DNA of 61,588 nucleotides, filler included, from Hausera hauseri (GCA_046269625.1; 9 parts of 9 records of this genome joined end to end with filler, not necessarily neighbours in it), one strand, 5' to 3'; shown: positions 26,189-37,605, counted from the first letter of the whole stretch. The notes: a model not told the origin generated them from the sequence alone. Numbers and translations are program-made.

Positions 26189-27484
26189 GGGCGGTGACTG
26201 TTTTAAGTTAATGAAGCACTACGAGCATCACGAGTGAGTTTGACAACATTAAATTACTTACTTTTGGTCTTAAGAGAGAAGTGTTAAATGTTATGGTGAT
26301 GGTTAAATGTTCAAGAGATCTATCATCACTTCGCTCCAGTCAGACATCCACGTACGGAATTCATTAGAACTCCCAAAGTGCCTAGCGACTGACAACTAGT
26401 TCCATGTTGATGTACAATTCTTCTAATGCCTCTTTCGTAATTATAATGTCAAGACAATATGTTCTTTCAATGTATAAACGGCCGGTGTTATAATACTCAG
26501 GCTACTGTCATCGAAATTGAAATTTATTCCAAGATATCCAATGATGGTGCTAATTTATTTATTCCTGCTCGCTCCATTGCAAAGCCCATCACTACAATAA
26601 CAGATCATTAACACAGTCAACTTTGTCCTAATCACCAGGGCTGCGGAGATGGTACATAATACATCTGACTATATCTGTTGCTATCGATTTCGCTTCTAAC
26701 TACTCTTTGGATATCAAAAGAGGCAATAAATTGTAACCATGCTAATTTTATATATCAAAAATTTAATGCTGGCACGCGACATTCAAATTAGACGACTCGG
26801 AAACTGTATGGACTTCAGTGGCGTACATTGGGAGAGGGCGTCTGCAACACATGGGCTGCTCAAAAGCAATACATGAATTACAATTTTCAAATATAACGCG
26901 CCCTCCATCTAACAATGACAGGGTTCAAACATTCTAAACAGGTTGTCTTCCCGGAACATCTAGGCAATCGTCGCTTTCTGCATTTGCTCTTACATATGAC
27001 TGAACATCAACAAATTTCGTTTCCACTTTCATGTTATGGCAATATGACTATGTTGTTTCTTGTTGTCATGTCTGGAGAATTCCATGCAGCTGTGCCTCTC
27101 TTTTAGTGGAAAGGATCTTAGTTTTTCGCGTTATAAACTATTTCTTAATTTGCAGTTGAATTCTTTGACTAGGAGCAAGGGCAATAAGTCTGTCGATCCA
27201 AAGCCTGTCGTTATGAAGTCCTTGTGATTGAAAGTCTGCCGTTCGCTAGAGTAAAGGGAAAGTCGACGTTGTTGAGTTTTACTGACATACGTTGCCAGGA
27301 TAGACTCAAGATACCAATTGTATTACCATTCTGTGTGCAGCCGTAGAGCATTAATGCTACCTGATAGATGGTAGAAATAGCGAAAAAAAATGTAAAAAAT
27401 TAAACTCATTACGTCTACTTTGAGAGCTAACATACAGGAAAGTATTGAACTAATGTTTTAACTAATAAAAAGGGAGATTAGACA

Positions 27485-27665
27485 ATCTAATAACAGACAA
27501 AATAGGAATGGGGAGGGCCAGATGAATTTCGAGACAGAATATCATAGATATTTTGACAACATCGCATGGACAAAAATCATCAACATGTTTTATATCGAAC
27601 ACAGGGGATAGGGAGACTTGGAGAGAGACGATCGCCAATACGATAGACAGGGCCCTTCTTGATGA
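27485..27665 (+). mobile_element. RTE LINE 3'-end fragment
   Basis: Encodes ...RQNIIDILTTSHGQKSSTCFISNTGDRETWRETIAN, resembling the RTE ORF2 C-terminus (DRxxWRxMIAN). Confidence 0.5.
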
Positions 27666-28249
27666 ATTAATGCAAACTAAACTGTATTAGCATTTAATTA
27701 TAAGCTGGAGTTTTCAATAGGTGGAGACCGTAGATCAGTCACGATTTTATTTTAATTTTAAAACGATAATTCATCAAGCTTCTAATAAATGTCTTGAAAT
27801 AATTTTTTTGTTGTTTTTGAGTTAACCTTTTAGTTTTTGCCTACCCAATACTTCGTTACACTGGGATATTTTTAGCATAAACCACTACCTTCAAAATTAA
27901 TCAGTGTTAGGTATTTTTCTGCATTCAGTATGTTGTTATTACGAAACGTTTATCATGCGGCCGGTCTGATTGATCAGATACAATGTCCATTTATGACACA
28001 ATCCTCTTCAAAAGAAAGTCGCGGCTTCCACATATGGTCGCTATGAGTGACCTCGCCGCACTGACAATTCTTTGTCGGCGTGCACTTCAAAAACACTTTT
28101 TCTCATCAAGAGACTGTCGCATCCATACATGCAATATTGTGCCGCTCTGATTGATCTTTCGCGGTTATTCTCTTATTAGAAGGAACTTTAAAGCAGTCGG
28201 TGTTTTTTCTCAGACGAAAAGTTGTGAGGTGGATTAAAATGACAATTTG

Positions 28250-28310
28250 TGATTGGCTGGTGAAATCTAAGGGCGGAAATATATTGTCATTGTGTCCAGT
28301 CGTATATAAA
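28250..28310 (+). promoter_or_regulatory. RNA Pol II promoter of the kinase gene
   Basis: Inverted CCAAT (GATTGG, 28251), GC box (GGGCGG, 28271) and TATA box (TATATAAA, 28303) in canonical order and spacing, about 135 nt upstream of the ATG. Confidence 0.65.
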
Positions 28311-28438
28311 GTTGAATAAGTGTACACCAATTTACTTTCTAGCATACGTATCGCGAACGTTGTTAAGTTTATGCTTACATTTGTGTGCAAAGTTCTGTTT
28401 TTGGATATTCTGTTTTCAGCTTATTACAAGAGCTTTAA

Positions 28439-29290
28439 ATGGCTGTAGCTAGAGTGAAACCTGAGGCGGCGGATCTGAAAGAGGACTTCTTTACTGCAGC
28501 CAATGTCATCCGAGGTCCAGTTATTGGAAATGGAATGAGTGGAGAAGTCGTTGTTGCTGCTTCACGTAAAGATCCATCGATCAAACGAGCTGTAAAGATT
28601 TTGCCATTACTGACACCCGATGGTGGGATTAGAAGTAAGAAACTATTTGCTACTGAGATCGGGGCTATACAGGGACTGTCCCATCCTCATGTCATCAGAC
28701 ATGTCATGTCAGCGCGTTGTCCTGAATATCTGGTTATCTGTACACAGTACTATCCTAATGGGACACTGAGTTCCAAACTTGCAGACTTGGATCCAAGATT
28801 GTGTCCCACCTACTTTGTCCAGATGGCATGCGTAGTTCGCTATCTCAACGACAAACAGAAGACTGTACATAACGATATTAAGCCTGACAATATTTTCATC
28901 AAGGCCAATAATGACGCAGTTCTTGGGGACTTTGGATTATCCTTCTTCATACCCTCAAACGACGCATTGGTCCCCGCACGAGACTTGGGTGGAACTCCCA
29001 ACTTCTCTGCTCCGGAGAAATTCACCAGCACACACGTGTATCCTGATAAGTTGGATCCTTACTCTCTGGGTGTTTTACTCTGGTGTATGATGCTAAAGAG
29101 ACAGCCATCATTTAGTAGAATCTGCAGGTATATGAGAAATGAGGAGTTGTTGCGTGCTACCCCACAACCTTTACGATGGTGCGTCATGTCCCTATTAGAA
29201 CTGGACCCGGTCAAAAGATTAACTGCTACAGCGGTGCTGGAGAAGCTTTGTAGTCTTGGATTTATGAGCAACATTATCGACAGTCTGTGA
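28439..29290 (+). CDS. Intronless Ser/Thr protein kinase (kinase domain only, non-RD)
   Basis: 283 aa. GNGMSG glycine loop, RAVK lysine, alpha-C Glu (TEI), HNDIKPDN catalytic loop, DFG, GGTPNFSAPE, DPYSLG, DPVKR. All catalytic residues are intact. Confidence 0.95.
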   Translation: MAVARVKPEAADLKEDFFTAANVIRGPVIGNGMSGEVVVAASRKDPSIKRAVKILPLLTPDGGIRSKKLFATEIGAIQGLSHPHVIRHVMSARCPEYLVICTQYYPNGTLSSKLADLDPRLCPTYFVQMACVVRYLNDKQKTVHNDIKPDNIFIKANNDAVLGDFGLSFFIPSNDALVPARDLGGTPNFSAPEKFTSTHVYPDKLDPYSLGVLLWCMMLKRQPSFSRICRYMRNEELLRATPQPLRWCVMSLLELDPVKRLTATAVLEKLCSLGFMSNIIDSL

Positions 29291-30559
29291 GTATTACACG
29301 TAATGTCTATTCTATTCTCTTCATAATCTTAATGAGATATATCATTTTCACCTGTAGTATATTTAATCGTAGTCTTTTTTTGTATCCTTTTTATATCTCT
29401 AATCAAAAATATTCTAGCGGACATCTTGATAGCATAGTATGACTTTAAATAGAAATCTGCTTAAAAGTGTAGACAAGTTTAGTTACCTTCTTTCTACCAT
29501 AACGGTCAGTTTGTCTTTGGATGAGGAAATTAAATAACAAATCAAAAGTGCATACGTCATCGTTAAAAACAAGGAGAGAAAGCATGCAGCCAAAAGAAGC
29601 AAACATTAAGAGATATATGCTTTCATAATATGCTTGAATTCTTGACAATATCTTATTTGGATGTAACACTGGATTAGGTTGGACGAATGTCTTGTTAAGG
29701 TTTTGTTATTGTTTTCCATATAATTATTCAAAAATAACTTCATTTGTAGCAGAAATGTAAAACAGCCTATTATATTCATTAATTTCTGTATATCTTTCAA
29801 GATTATAAATTGAAAGCAAATTAAAGTTTGTAAATATAGTTTTACAGTAATCTTTTTCGCGTTGTTTTTAATTACTTTAATATTAACATAATATCAAAAA
29901 ACACTAATTGTACACTATATTAACATTATGCAATTAATTTTATGCTTTATTATCATGAAACTGTGAAGCAATTAATGTTGTTCTAAATTAAAACTGACAA
30001 TTACTAACTTTATGCCTATTGACATTACTAACAAACACTAATTTTAATTCATTTTTTTCATGATACTAGCAGACTACTTTACAACCAAGTTAATTGCACC
30101 AAGATAATAATCTTAATGTTAAATTGACATGATACCAACAATAACATATTTTAAGGTATTTTAACATTGTAGTCACTCACACACTGATTGTCTGCTAGTT
30201 AATATGAGAATAAAAAACGTGAATTGTATTTTAGGTTACATCAGTTGCACGATATTTTAGTATCATATTTATTAAAACTAATTTAATGCTATAATGACTT
30301 AATACTAACAAGCATTAACATAATACACTAATTTGTTGCCATATAATATTACATCTTTTTAATCAGGCCATGTAGTACGCATAAGTGTGTACACGTGACG
30401 GTCCCAAGCCCGTTTTAACTGAGAGGGAAAAGATGTTGCTTTCCTATACTAGGAGCAAGGGAAGTAAAGCTTCCAAGCTCACCATTCTTCTTTTTCTTCT
30501 TTTGTCGTTTCCACGTTGTAGCATTCAGTGTTTATTATCAAGTGCCACACGGCGAAGTG

Positions 30560-31210
30560 TAAGTCGTCATTAACCTCCATATATCGCTATTTATGGTGCT
30601 CCCAATAATCTGTGCCATCGATTATCTTCTGATTCATTGAAGAAATCTATTCCGAAACTCCCTTCTCTGTAGTTCACTATTTCTGTTTTCGGGTAATTTG
30701 CTTATAGTAACCAAGTTCTCCAGACCTTCTCTTCTTAAAACATGGCCAATCATAGATGATTGTCTCTTTCTGATCTTATTGTTATGCGTTCTTTCTGGAT
30801 CTGTTTCTCATTTGTGCAAAACATCTCATTTGTTCCCCTTGCTATCAATGGAATTTTCAACATTCATCTGAAAACCACATTATTATTTCTTTCAAAGAAT
30901 TCCCCACGTTTTTTTTAACTCGGTGTCAATTATTCGCAGTATGGGTTCAATATAAAAATTGCAGGATTCTCGTTCTTTAACTGCAATTTGTGGTACACAA
31001 TATGTTTTTCATTTTTCTTAAATGCAGTTTTTGCCCGTGAAATTCTATTTATAATTTCCATGACACATCTGCCAAATGATATTATGAGAGCTCCGAGATA
31101 TTTGAATCTCTGTACATGTCTTACAGTTTTCCTTTCCAACATCTATATTATGATTCTTTCTCCTTACAGTATGTATTCCTTACTGCATTTTATTTATTTT
31201 GGCTGAGTTC
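30560..31210 (-). mobile_element. RTE-clade LINE ORF2 C-terminal fragment
   Basis: VQRFKYLGALIISFGRCVMEIINRISRAKTAFKK and KIRKRQSSMIGHVLRREGLENLVT. Same family as the fragments at 36440, 38540 and 40060. Confidence 0.8.
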
Positions 31211-31255
31211 TTACTCGTCACTTCTAGTTCTTTACTGCGCTCAGCATCGCGTTCT

Positions 31256-31332
31256 TTCATTCTTTATTTTCAAAGGGATGAAAATTGGGCACACATGCCT
31301 TTCTTACGTTCTGCCCTTCATGTTTCTGAAGT
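31256..31332 (+). repeat. Exact 77-bp terminal direct repeat of contig 4 (identical to 26112-26188)
   Basis: Direct sequence identity. Confidence 0.97.
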
Positions 31333-31432
31333 NNNNNNNNNNNNNNNNNNNNNNNNNNNNNNNNNNNNNNNNNNNNTTAATTAATTAANNNNNNNNNNNN
31401 NNNNNNNNNNNNNNNNNNNNNNNNNNNNNNNN
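31333..31432. other. Artificial contig linker
   Basis: N-TTAATTAATTAA-N, 100 nt. Confidence 0.98.
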
Positions 31433-32630
31433 TTTCTCTTCTACATTGATCGGTACGTCTCTTTTTTCGCATTCGTAAGTTAGGAGAACTTCTCCAGTAA
31501 CTCATCCGAAAACACTTTCTTTCATTGGTATAATTAGCGATGCCAATTCTGGGTTGGCATAAATTAAGGCCAATTTGGTTCTCATGACTTCAGTATCTAA
31601 TCTGCAGTCATTTGTTATCATTTTGTGATATAGCTCTGCTATTCCTGTTTGTCCTTTGTAATAAAAATAGTCGTCTCGATTTTTGAGGTAATCCTCAATT
31701 CGTATGTCTTGCGTTTTCAAATCATATGTTTTCATGTTAATTTCGGTTTCTGCTACGAAAAATGCTTCATAATTTGTGGCATACATAACTACATCGCAAC
31801 GTGTTAACATATCGTTTCTAATAAACTTCAACCCATGCGTGTCCGATATCAACATCGTCGGTGTGGAATGTTCTATTACTTCTTCCCTTGATAGCGTATT
31901 AGTGTGTAATTTATTTGTATAGCGTTTTCCAGTTGTCTCGTTGAATTTTAACTCTTTAATTTTAATGAAGTTGCATTCTCTCTTGGAAGGTGGACTCCAT
32001 ACAACGACTGAACTTCGGAACGTACAAGCGCCGTCTTGTATGTGACATTTTTGGTTTTTAGTAAATAGTTTGGTAACACTATGAAACATCGCCTTTAGAG
32101 ATCTTAACTCGGTTTCATAAAAATCTACAACTACTATTCCTCTTTCCTTTCCCTTTCCAGTATCATATTCGGCTCCGACACAATAACCTGTGTGCATATT
32201 TAGTTTTCCGATTGCCACTTTGTAGGCTCTAATGATTTTTCCTTCTTGGGCTTCTAACTCCATGCCATCCCAAACTATTTTTCCGGTCAGCCGGGCTTTT
32301 AAACAGTGTTGCCTATCCACATTTATTGGGATTAATGGTGTGGTTGGTTTGATAATTGAAGAATGCCCGTGTATATTACCACAATGAAAAACGCTGCTAG
32401 ATCTCCGTATCATACATTCCGTTGCATCCATTGCAATTAATTCACGTTGTTGATATAATATGTACCCTTTTTCTATTGTCTCGAGCTTATGAAGTCTCGC
32501 ATCTTCGCATGTTTCTAAATCCATTAAGGAATATTTTTGACCTACCTTGAATTTATCGCAGTCGTATACAATAACTGCTCCCATCTACTTCACTAACATG
32601 ATTATTGTTAGCAGATTGATTAACCAATTC
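31433..32630 (-). pseudogene. Chuvirus-like (Jingchuvirales-type) envelope glycoprotein used as retroelement env; two in-frame stops, truncated by the contig end
   Basis: Signal-like WLINLLTIIMLVK* precedes MGAVIVYDC...YSLMDLETC...ECMIRRSSSVFHCGNIHGHSS...C...TG...GYCVGAEY...C...C...W...C...RCDVVMYATNY...YLKNRDDYFY...LYHKMITNDCRL...NPELAS...FG*VTGEVLLTYEC. The cysteine and motif spacing is that of chuviral G proteins. Confidence 0.82.
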
Positions 32631-32763
32631 GATCCGTTTTCTTTGTTCAAGGAGATGTTTCGCATCATGTCTTCTAATTTGTTAGTCCCTCTTCCATCTT
32701 CCTCTTTTTCGAATAATTTAGCCTATTTTATTTCTTTGGGTACCCTTCTTGCCGCTTTCATAG

Positions 32764-33744
32764 CTAACCCGATTGCCTTGTCAAACTCATTTTCTCGTAG
32801 GGATTAGTTTTTACCACCAAATATATCAAGACTTTCCTTAATTCTTCCGTCGTATTGTCTATCATAATTCTGTCAATTACTGTTTCGTTAGGGAGGTTGC
32901 CTTTAGATAATTTAAATCGTGGAATTTTCATGGTCCGTGCTATATTATATATTAGCCTTTCTTTCTCGGATAGTATGTCACCGTGTATTCCGGTATAATT
33001 AACTATCCTTATTAAATCTTTCATTAATTCAACTAATTTTTCATTATCCAAACTTGTAGTGGGTACTGATAGTTGTCTTAGTTCTCTAATTAGGTCTGCA
33101 TTATAGTCCACTTCTTTTATTTTTTTTGGTCTTCCGACTGGTCGTTTCGGTTTTACTGGTGATAAAGTTTCGCTTAAAGGAACTAAATTCTTCTCGTATT
33201 GCGGTTTGTCGTCATCCGTCTGTAAGTATTCAAAGTACATTGCGGCGTCCTGAATCTCCATGATTCTTCCAACGCAATGTTCTGTATACGCCTTCCTTAT
33301 GGCTTCGTCTTTGGTTTGCTCACTAGTAATTATTGCCATTATTTGATTCGCTTCAAATGGTATGATCCTTACGTCTATTAAGGATTCCAACTCGTCTAGT
33401 ATTCTACCTCTAAAATAGAGTTGGTAATTAATTCCTTCTTTACCATCCTTATCCATTATTCGTTGTCTTATATCCGAGACGGTGGTAAGAGTAGCACACT
33501 CAAATACCTCGTCATCCATCCATTCGGATGATACTTTCACCTTAATCTCCGCTTCCGGTTTGTTTTTCAATAGTTTAGCGTACTCTCTTATTAAGAGCTT
33601 GGGTACGGCGCTATATGCGGTATTTTCGCTGGATAGCTTAATCAAGGTTGGAATCAGTTTCCTTAACTTATCTTTGCTTATGTTTATTTTCAACATACTG
33701 CTTAGTTCCTTTTCAGCTAGTGTGGAATCAAGTAGCATCTGCAC
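32764..33744 (-). CDS. Retroelement polyprotein segment with a ubiquitin-like domain and an AT-hook
   Basis: Ubl at aa ~66-140 (IKVKV...TTVSDIRQRIMDKDG...YQLYFRGRILDELESLIDVRI; nt ~33325-33549). AT-hook KRPVGRPKK at nt 33121-33147. One frameshift separates this ORF from the env reading frame. Confidence 0.7.
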   Translation of the reverse strand: MQMLLDSTLAEKELSSMLKINISKDKLRKLIPTLIKLSSENTAYSAVPKLLIREYAKLLKNKPEAEIKVKVSSEWMDDEVFECATLTTVSDIRQRIMDKDGKEGINYQLYFRGRILDELESLIDVRIIPFEANQIMAIITSEQTKDEAIRKAYTEHCVGRIMEIQDAAMYFEYLQTDDDKPQYEKNLVPLSETLSPVKPKRPVGRPKKIKEVDYNADLIRELRQLSVPTTSLDNEKLVELMKDLIRIVNYTGIHGDILSEKERLIYNIARTMKIPRFKLSKGNLPNETVIDRIMIDNTTEELRKVLIYLVVKTNPYEKMSLTRQSG

Positions 33745-33989
33745 GTCAAATTCCGCCTTTTGCGTATCAGTAGGTGACTCATAAATTTGTATTGGAGTTC
33801 TTTGACTTTGCTCGGTTAGCCCTTGGAGATATTAGTTCCATTCGGCTTCATTACCTGAGTCAGGTAACTCATAGTTTATTATTGCCGTATGTCCGACCTG
33901 GACTCTTTCGCGTAATTATCTTATGTGAGGTTGCAATGTTTTCATTACGGATATTCTAAATCCGTCTCCATTTCCGCACGCTTGTTGAA

Positions 33990-35600
33990 TTAATGTTATC
34001 AATCGTCACATTTCTTCTGGTTGTATTAAGGCTTTCTCCCGATAACTAATTATTTCTGCGATTCTGTCGTTTTGCCATCTCTGTATAAATTCTGTTTTGT
34101 CGCTCGTTTCATATTCCGTAAGGAAATACTTGTTCTTGTAAACTTCTGTTTCTCTCAGTAAGTCGTTTAGCTCACGTTGCCTTTTCTCGGAGCGTAGCCG
34201 GGTCTCTTTTACCAGACGTATTCGATTTGTTAGTCGTTTGACTACTACTTCGTCACTTTCCGCCATTTCTGTTAACAATACGATTAATTTGTGCATTTGA
34301 TTCAATACTTCAGCGTCCGGATCTATTGCGTCTATTAGCCTGCCTATAAACTTCGCTTCGTCGGCCGTCAGCTAAAGATCCTTTTTAATCTCTGTTAATT
34401 CAGTGTGGCAGTGTAGGTCGAACCCCGGTGTGCATTCTACTGGATTCTGTAAATACTGTAGTGTCTGTGCCAAAGCAATCCGTTGGTCATTACATACTTC
34501 CATTGTTTCTATCTCCTGTACAGAGATCTCCTTTAGCGGTTTCTGTATTAGGTTCTGTATTCCTTCCCAACAGATATTTACTAAGGTTCGCCAAAGATCG
34601 CTTAGCTTGTTTCTTTTTTGTTGAAGTCCTTCCCCTCTATCATACTATATATCTCGGTCAGTGTTGTTTGGTCTTGATCTTCGCTCATAAATTTAAGTTC
34701 TCGAAGTGATTCGCAATTTTGCTTCATCTTCCATCGTACCGATGTCTAGTAGCATTTCCTCCAATTGGTGTCTCATTATAGGCTCAACTACGGCGAAATC
34801 TCTCCATCTTTCGTTTATTATCCCTGCTATGAAAGGTAACAAGTCTATCCACTTAATTGTTTAGATATTGCTGGTTTAGCTTATATTATTTTGACTAATG
34901 CCTCAAAAGCTTCTTTCAGTTCATGATCTCGTCCTCGTATAAATTCTATAATTTGTTTCATATAGTTGAATTCTTCTCTATACGCGTCTAACTCGAGAAG
35001 ACAAGCACATATTATTCTCTGTACTTCTGCCTTTTCAAGGTGAACTATACCGATCTTTAAGTCTTTAATTTTGGCTCGAATTCCATTTTCTCTTTTAATA
35101 CGTATTTTTAAATTTGGGTATTTCCGAGGTTTATCCTTTATTAAGCTGCACATTTCTATTAGAAAGGAAATATCGATATGGTCTATATTCAGTATCTCTA
35201 AGTCGGCATTAGTCAGTTCGTATACTGGCTTGTTATGAAGATAAGAGATTATCGCTTCTTCAGTCTCATACGTCACTCCTTCCAAATTACGCTTTACGCG
35301 TTTTAGTTTTGGGTTGTTCTTAACTGTGTCTAACAGCCCTTGCGCTTGATTAACCTGATCAAGAAGCAACTCATTTTTATTTTACCTATTTTCGTAAAAC
35401 CGATATCACTCGTTGTCTATAGTTCTAATTTATTTTGCCAACTTTTTATCAAGTCTTGCGGCATTTCTTGCAGTTCGTAAGGTGTATTTTCTTCCTTTCT
35501 TTGAGAACCGGATCTAAGCTTTCTATATAGCTTTTCTATAAATTGTTGTTCTTTTCCGGAGATATCCAACTGTTTGCTCATCTGCTGGAGTTTTTGTAAG
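33990..35600 (-). pseudogene. Unknown helical region 'X' of the LTR-element polyprotein, paralogue 1
   Basis: Fragments SKQLDISGKEQQFIEKLY; ORF 34881-35369; IQNLIQKPLKEI...EVC...DLHCHTEL; IDAIDPD; ORF 34006-34305. All are colinear homologues of 57610-59180. Confidence 0.7.
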
Positions 35601-35700
35601 NNNNNNNNNNNNNNNNNNNNNNNNNNNNNNNNNNNNNNNNNNNNTTAATTAATTAANNNNNNNNNNNNNNNNNNNNNNNNNNNNNNNNNNNNNNNNNNNN
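35601..35700. other. Artificial contig linker
   Basis: N-TTAATTAATTAA-N, 100 nt. Confidence 0.98.
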
Positions 35701-36439
35701 GGGTACTGCCCCACCTGTCTTCTTTTCCCTCTGCCATATTTTAACAGCCCATCTTTTTTATAGAAAGGCTTTCTCGACTTCATCCGACCACGATGGGGGT
35801 TGATCGAAACTTGTCCTTGTGCTGATGTGAGTCTTCCGCTTCTGTAGAGCAATTTTGCTAACAATGTCCTGGCCTTTGAGGTCATATGAGAAGGTCTGCA
35901 CTGGCTGCTTGCGTGTAACAGTATTGTACACGGGCAGTAATCACGCCCATAGTACCCTAAAACTTCCCATCTGCTCACAGGTGCTAATGAGGGAAACAAG
36001 TTACGGTCTTTGAGTGCCGCTAAATTTCATGGAAGAATGTTCACGCTATCAAAAGTGCTTTAGTTTGGTAATGTGCCAGGTTTTGATTCGGTGAGTCCAC
36101 TTACTCAGGATCTTCGCCGGTGCGACGGAGCTTCGTGCTTCTGAGCTGAAATCCTTCAGACAGATGTTGACGTACACTTTTTATTATGGAAGACCAGCGT
36201 GCTAGCGCCACGCTGAAGGTACCAGATGTGTGGTTAATCAACACAGAAGCGGAACTGTTGGTCGCCGTGTGCTTAGGGAGCTACTGAGGAGGAGGTCGGA
36301 GCACTTATGGAATTGTTCCGAGTGCAGTGATGACGATCTGTCGACTAACTAACTAACTAATTATTAGTGATTAGAATATATCGTCCATAATTCTCCTTCG
36401 CTTTCGTGCTGCCTTTTTATACCCGAAGAAGACCATGTG

Positions 36440-36670
36440 GTCATAAGGTAGGTCGTCATGGATCTCAATTTCTTGCGATTCTTGGTGTCCCCCAATCATC
36501 ATTGCTGTTGACCTTCTTCCGAGCCATTCTTGCAAACCATCCAGACACTTCATTCTTTGCCGTCCACTACTCCTACTTTCTGGTAAGTTCTCCATACCTT
36601 CTCTTCTTAAAATATGACCAATCATAGATGTTTGTCTCTTTCTGATCTTACTGATAAGTGTTCTTTTTGC
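36440..36670 (-). mobile_element. RTE LINE 3' fragment
   Basis: ISKIRKRQTSMIGHILRREGMENL...SRSSGRQRMKCLDGLQEWL. Confidence 0.75.
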
Positions 36671-36818
36671 TTCTTTGTCCTGTGTATTGCAAATTTAAAT
36701 AATTGTGTCTAGTTCACTGAAAGTGTTATATTCTGGCAGTTAATAAAATGCAGTGAGCGTGTTGATTTCATACATATTCAGAATTGTCAGTGCGAATATT
36801 TTCTTTGATTTGTTACAG

Positions 36819-36997
36819 GTGAAGGATACACGTTTTCAAATATCCATGAGTCGGCGGATGCTAACAATTTTGATTTACTCAGTGGTCTCCTCCTTATGAT
36901 GTTCAACACGTTCTTCAATTTGATCTGGATGTGGTATTTTAACAAACTTCAGCCAACAGTCTACGGCGACCCGCGATCATATCTGGTTTGTTTAGAG
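36819..36997 (+). CDS. Internal exon of an ABCA-subfamily transporter (end of the first transmembrane domain)
   Basis: tttgttacag|...|gttagt flanks a 179-nt open exon: EGYTFSNIHESADANNFDLLSGLLLMMFNTFFNLIWMWYFNKLQPTVYGDPRSYLVCLE (compare the ABCA motif WYxxxVxPGxYGxPxPWxF). Confidence 0.65.
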
Positions 36998-37094
36998 GTT
37001 AGTTGTTGAAGAGATGTTGCTTGTTTAGTCTAAGGGTCAACATCTTCACTCAAGCTTGCATATTTATAAGTTCTCCGTTCTGTGTGATCTCAGC

Positions 37095-37372
37095 TCAGTG
37101 CATGAACTCTGTTGGAGAAGACCCCGCATTTTCTGGGCAGATTTTCCCCAGAATTTGACCTGGACAGTGTTCGTTAGGCCTACTCTTTTTTAATTCCCAA
37201 GGCATTTTTAGCACAGGACGATGTAGACAGACCTCCAATCTCACTATCTAGAGATAAGGGGAATTTTTTTGCTAGAAGATGCAGGAGAAAAAATCCTATG
37301 CGGTTTCACCGGGATTTGAATCCGTACCTGTAGCACTCGAGGTTGTACGTTTTTCATCAAGACCACTCAGTC
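37095..37372 (-). mobile_element. Putative tRNA-derived SINE
   Basis: Minus-strand head GGACTGAGTGGTC (A-box-like) ... GGATTCAAATCCCGG (B-box-like). The 3' boundary is approximate. Confidence 0.45.
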
Positions 37373-37389
37373 CTTCTCAACCATTAGGT

Positions 37390-37605
37390 CGTCAAGAATA
37401 GTAAAATAGAATCAGTCGCTAGAATCAGTATGACGCCTGGTGGTGAAAGCAAGAAGAAGGAATATTGGACGACCATGAAATACCTGGCTCTGAAATTTAA
37501 AGGAAGGTACACAAGATCTTGAAGAAAAACCTAAGACAGGAGAGGTCGGGGAGCTTTTGTAGACGATCTATGCTCCACAAAGGGGTGGCAGGGTTACATA
37601 AGTTC
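37390..37605 (+). mobile_element. RTE LINE 3'-end fragment (second RTE family)
   Basis: GESKKKE..GRP*NTW...DRRGRGAFVDDLCS resembles GKRKRGRPxNTW...DRxxWRxxVxxLC. Confidence 0.45.

Noticed and set aside
31433-32630. Endogenised chuvirus genome
   Set aside because: No nucleoprotein or L polymerase is seen. The upstream context is homologous to an LTR/gag-bearing element, so env capture is the better reading.
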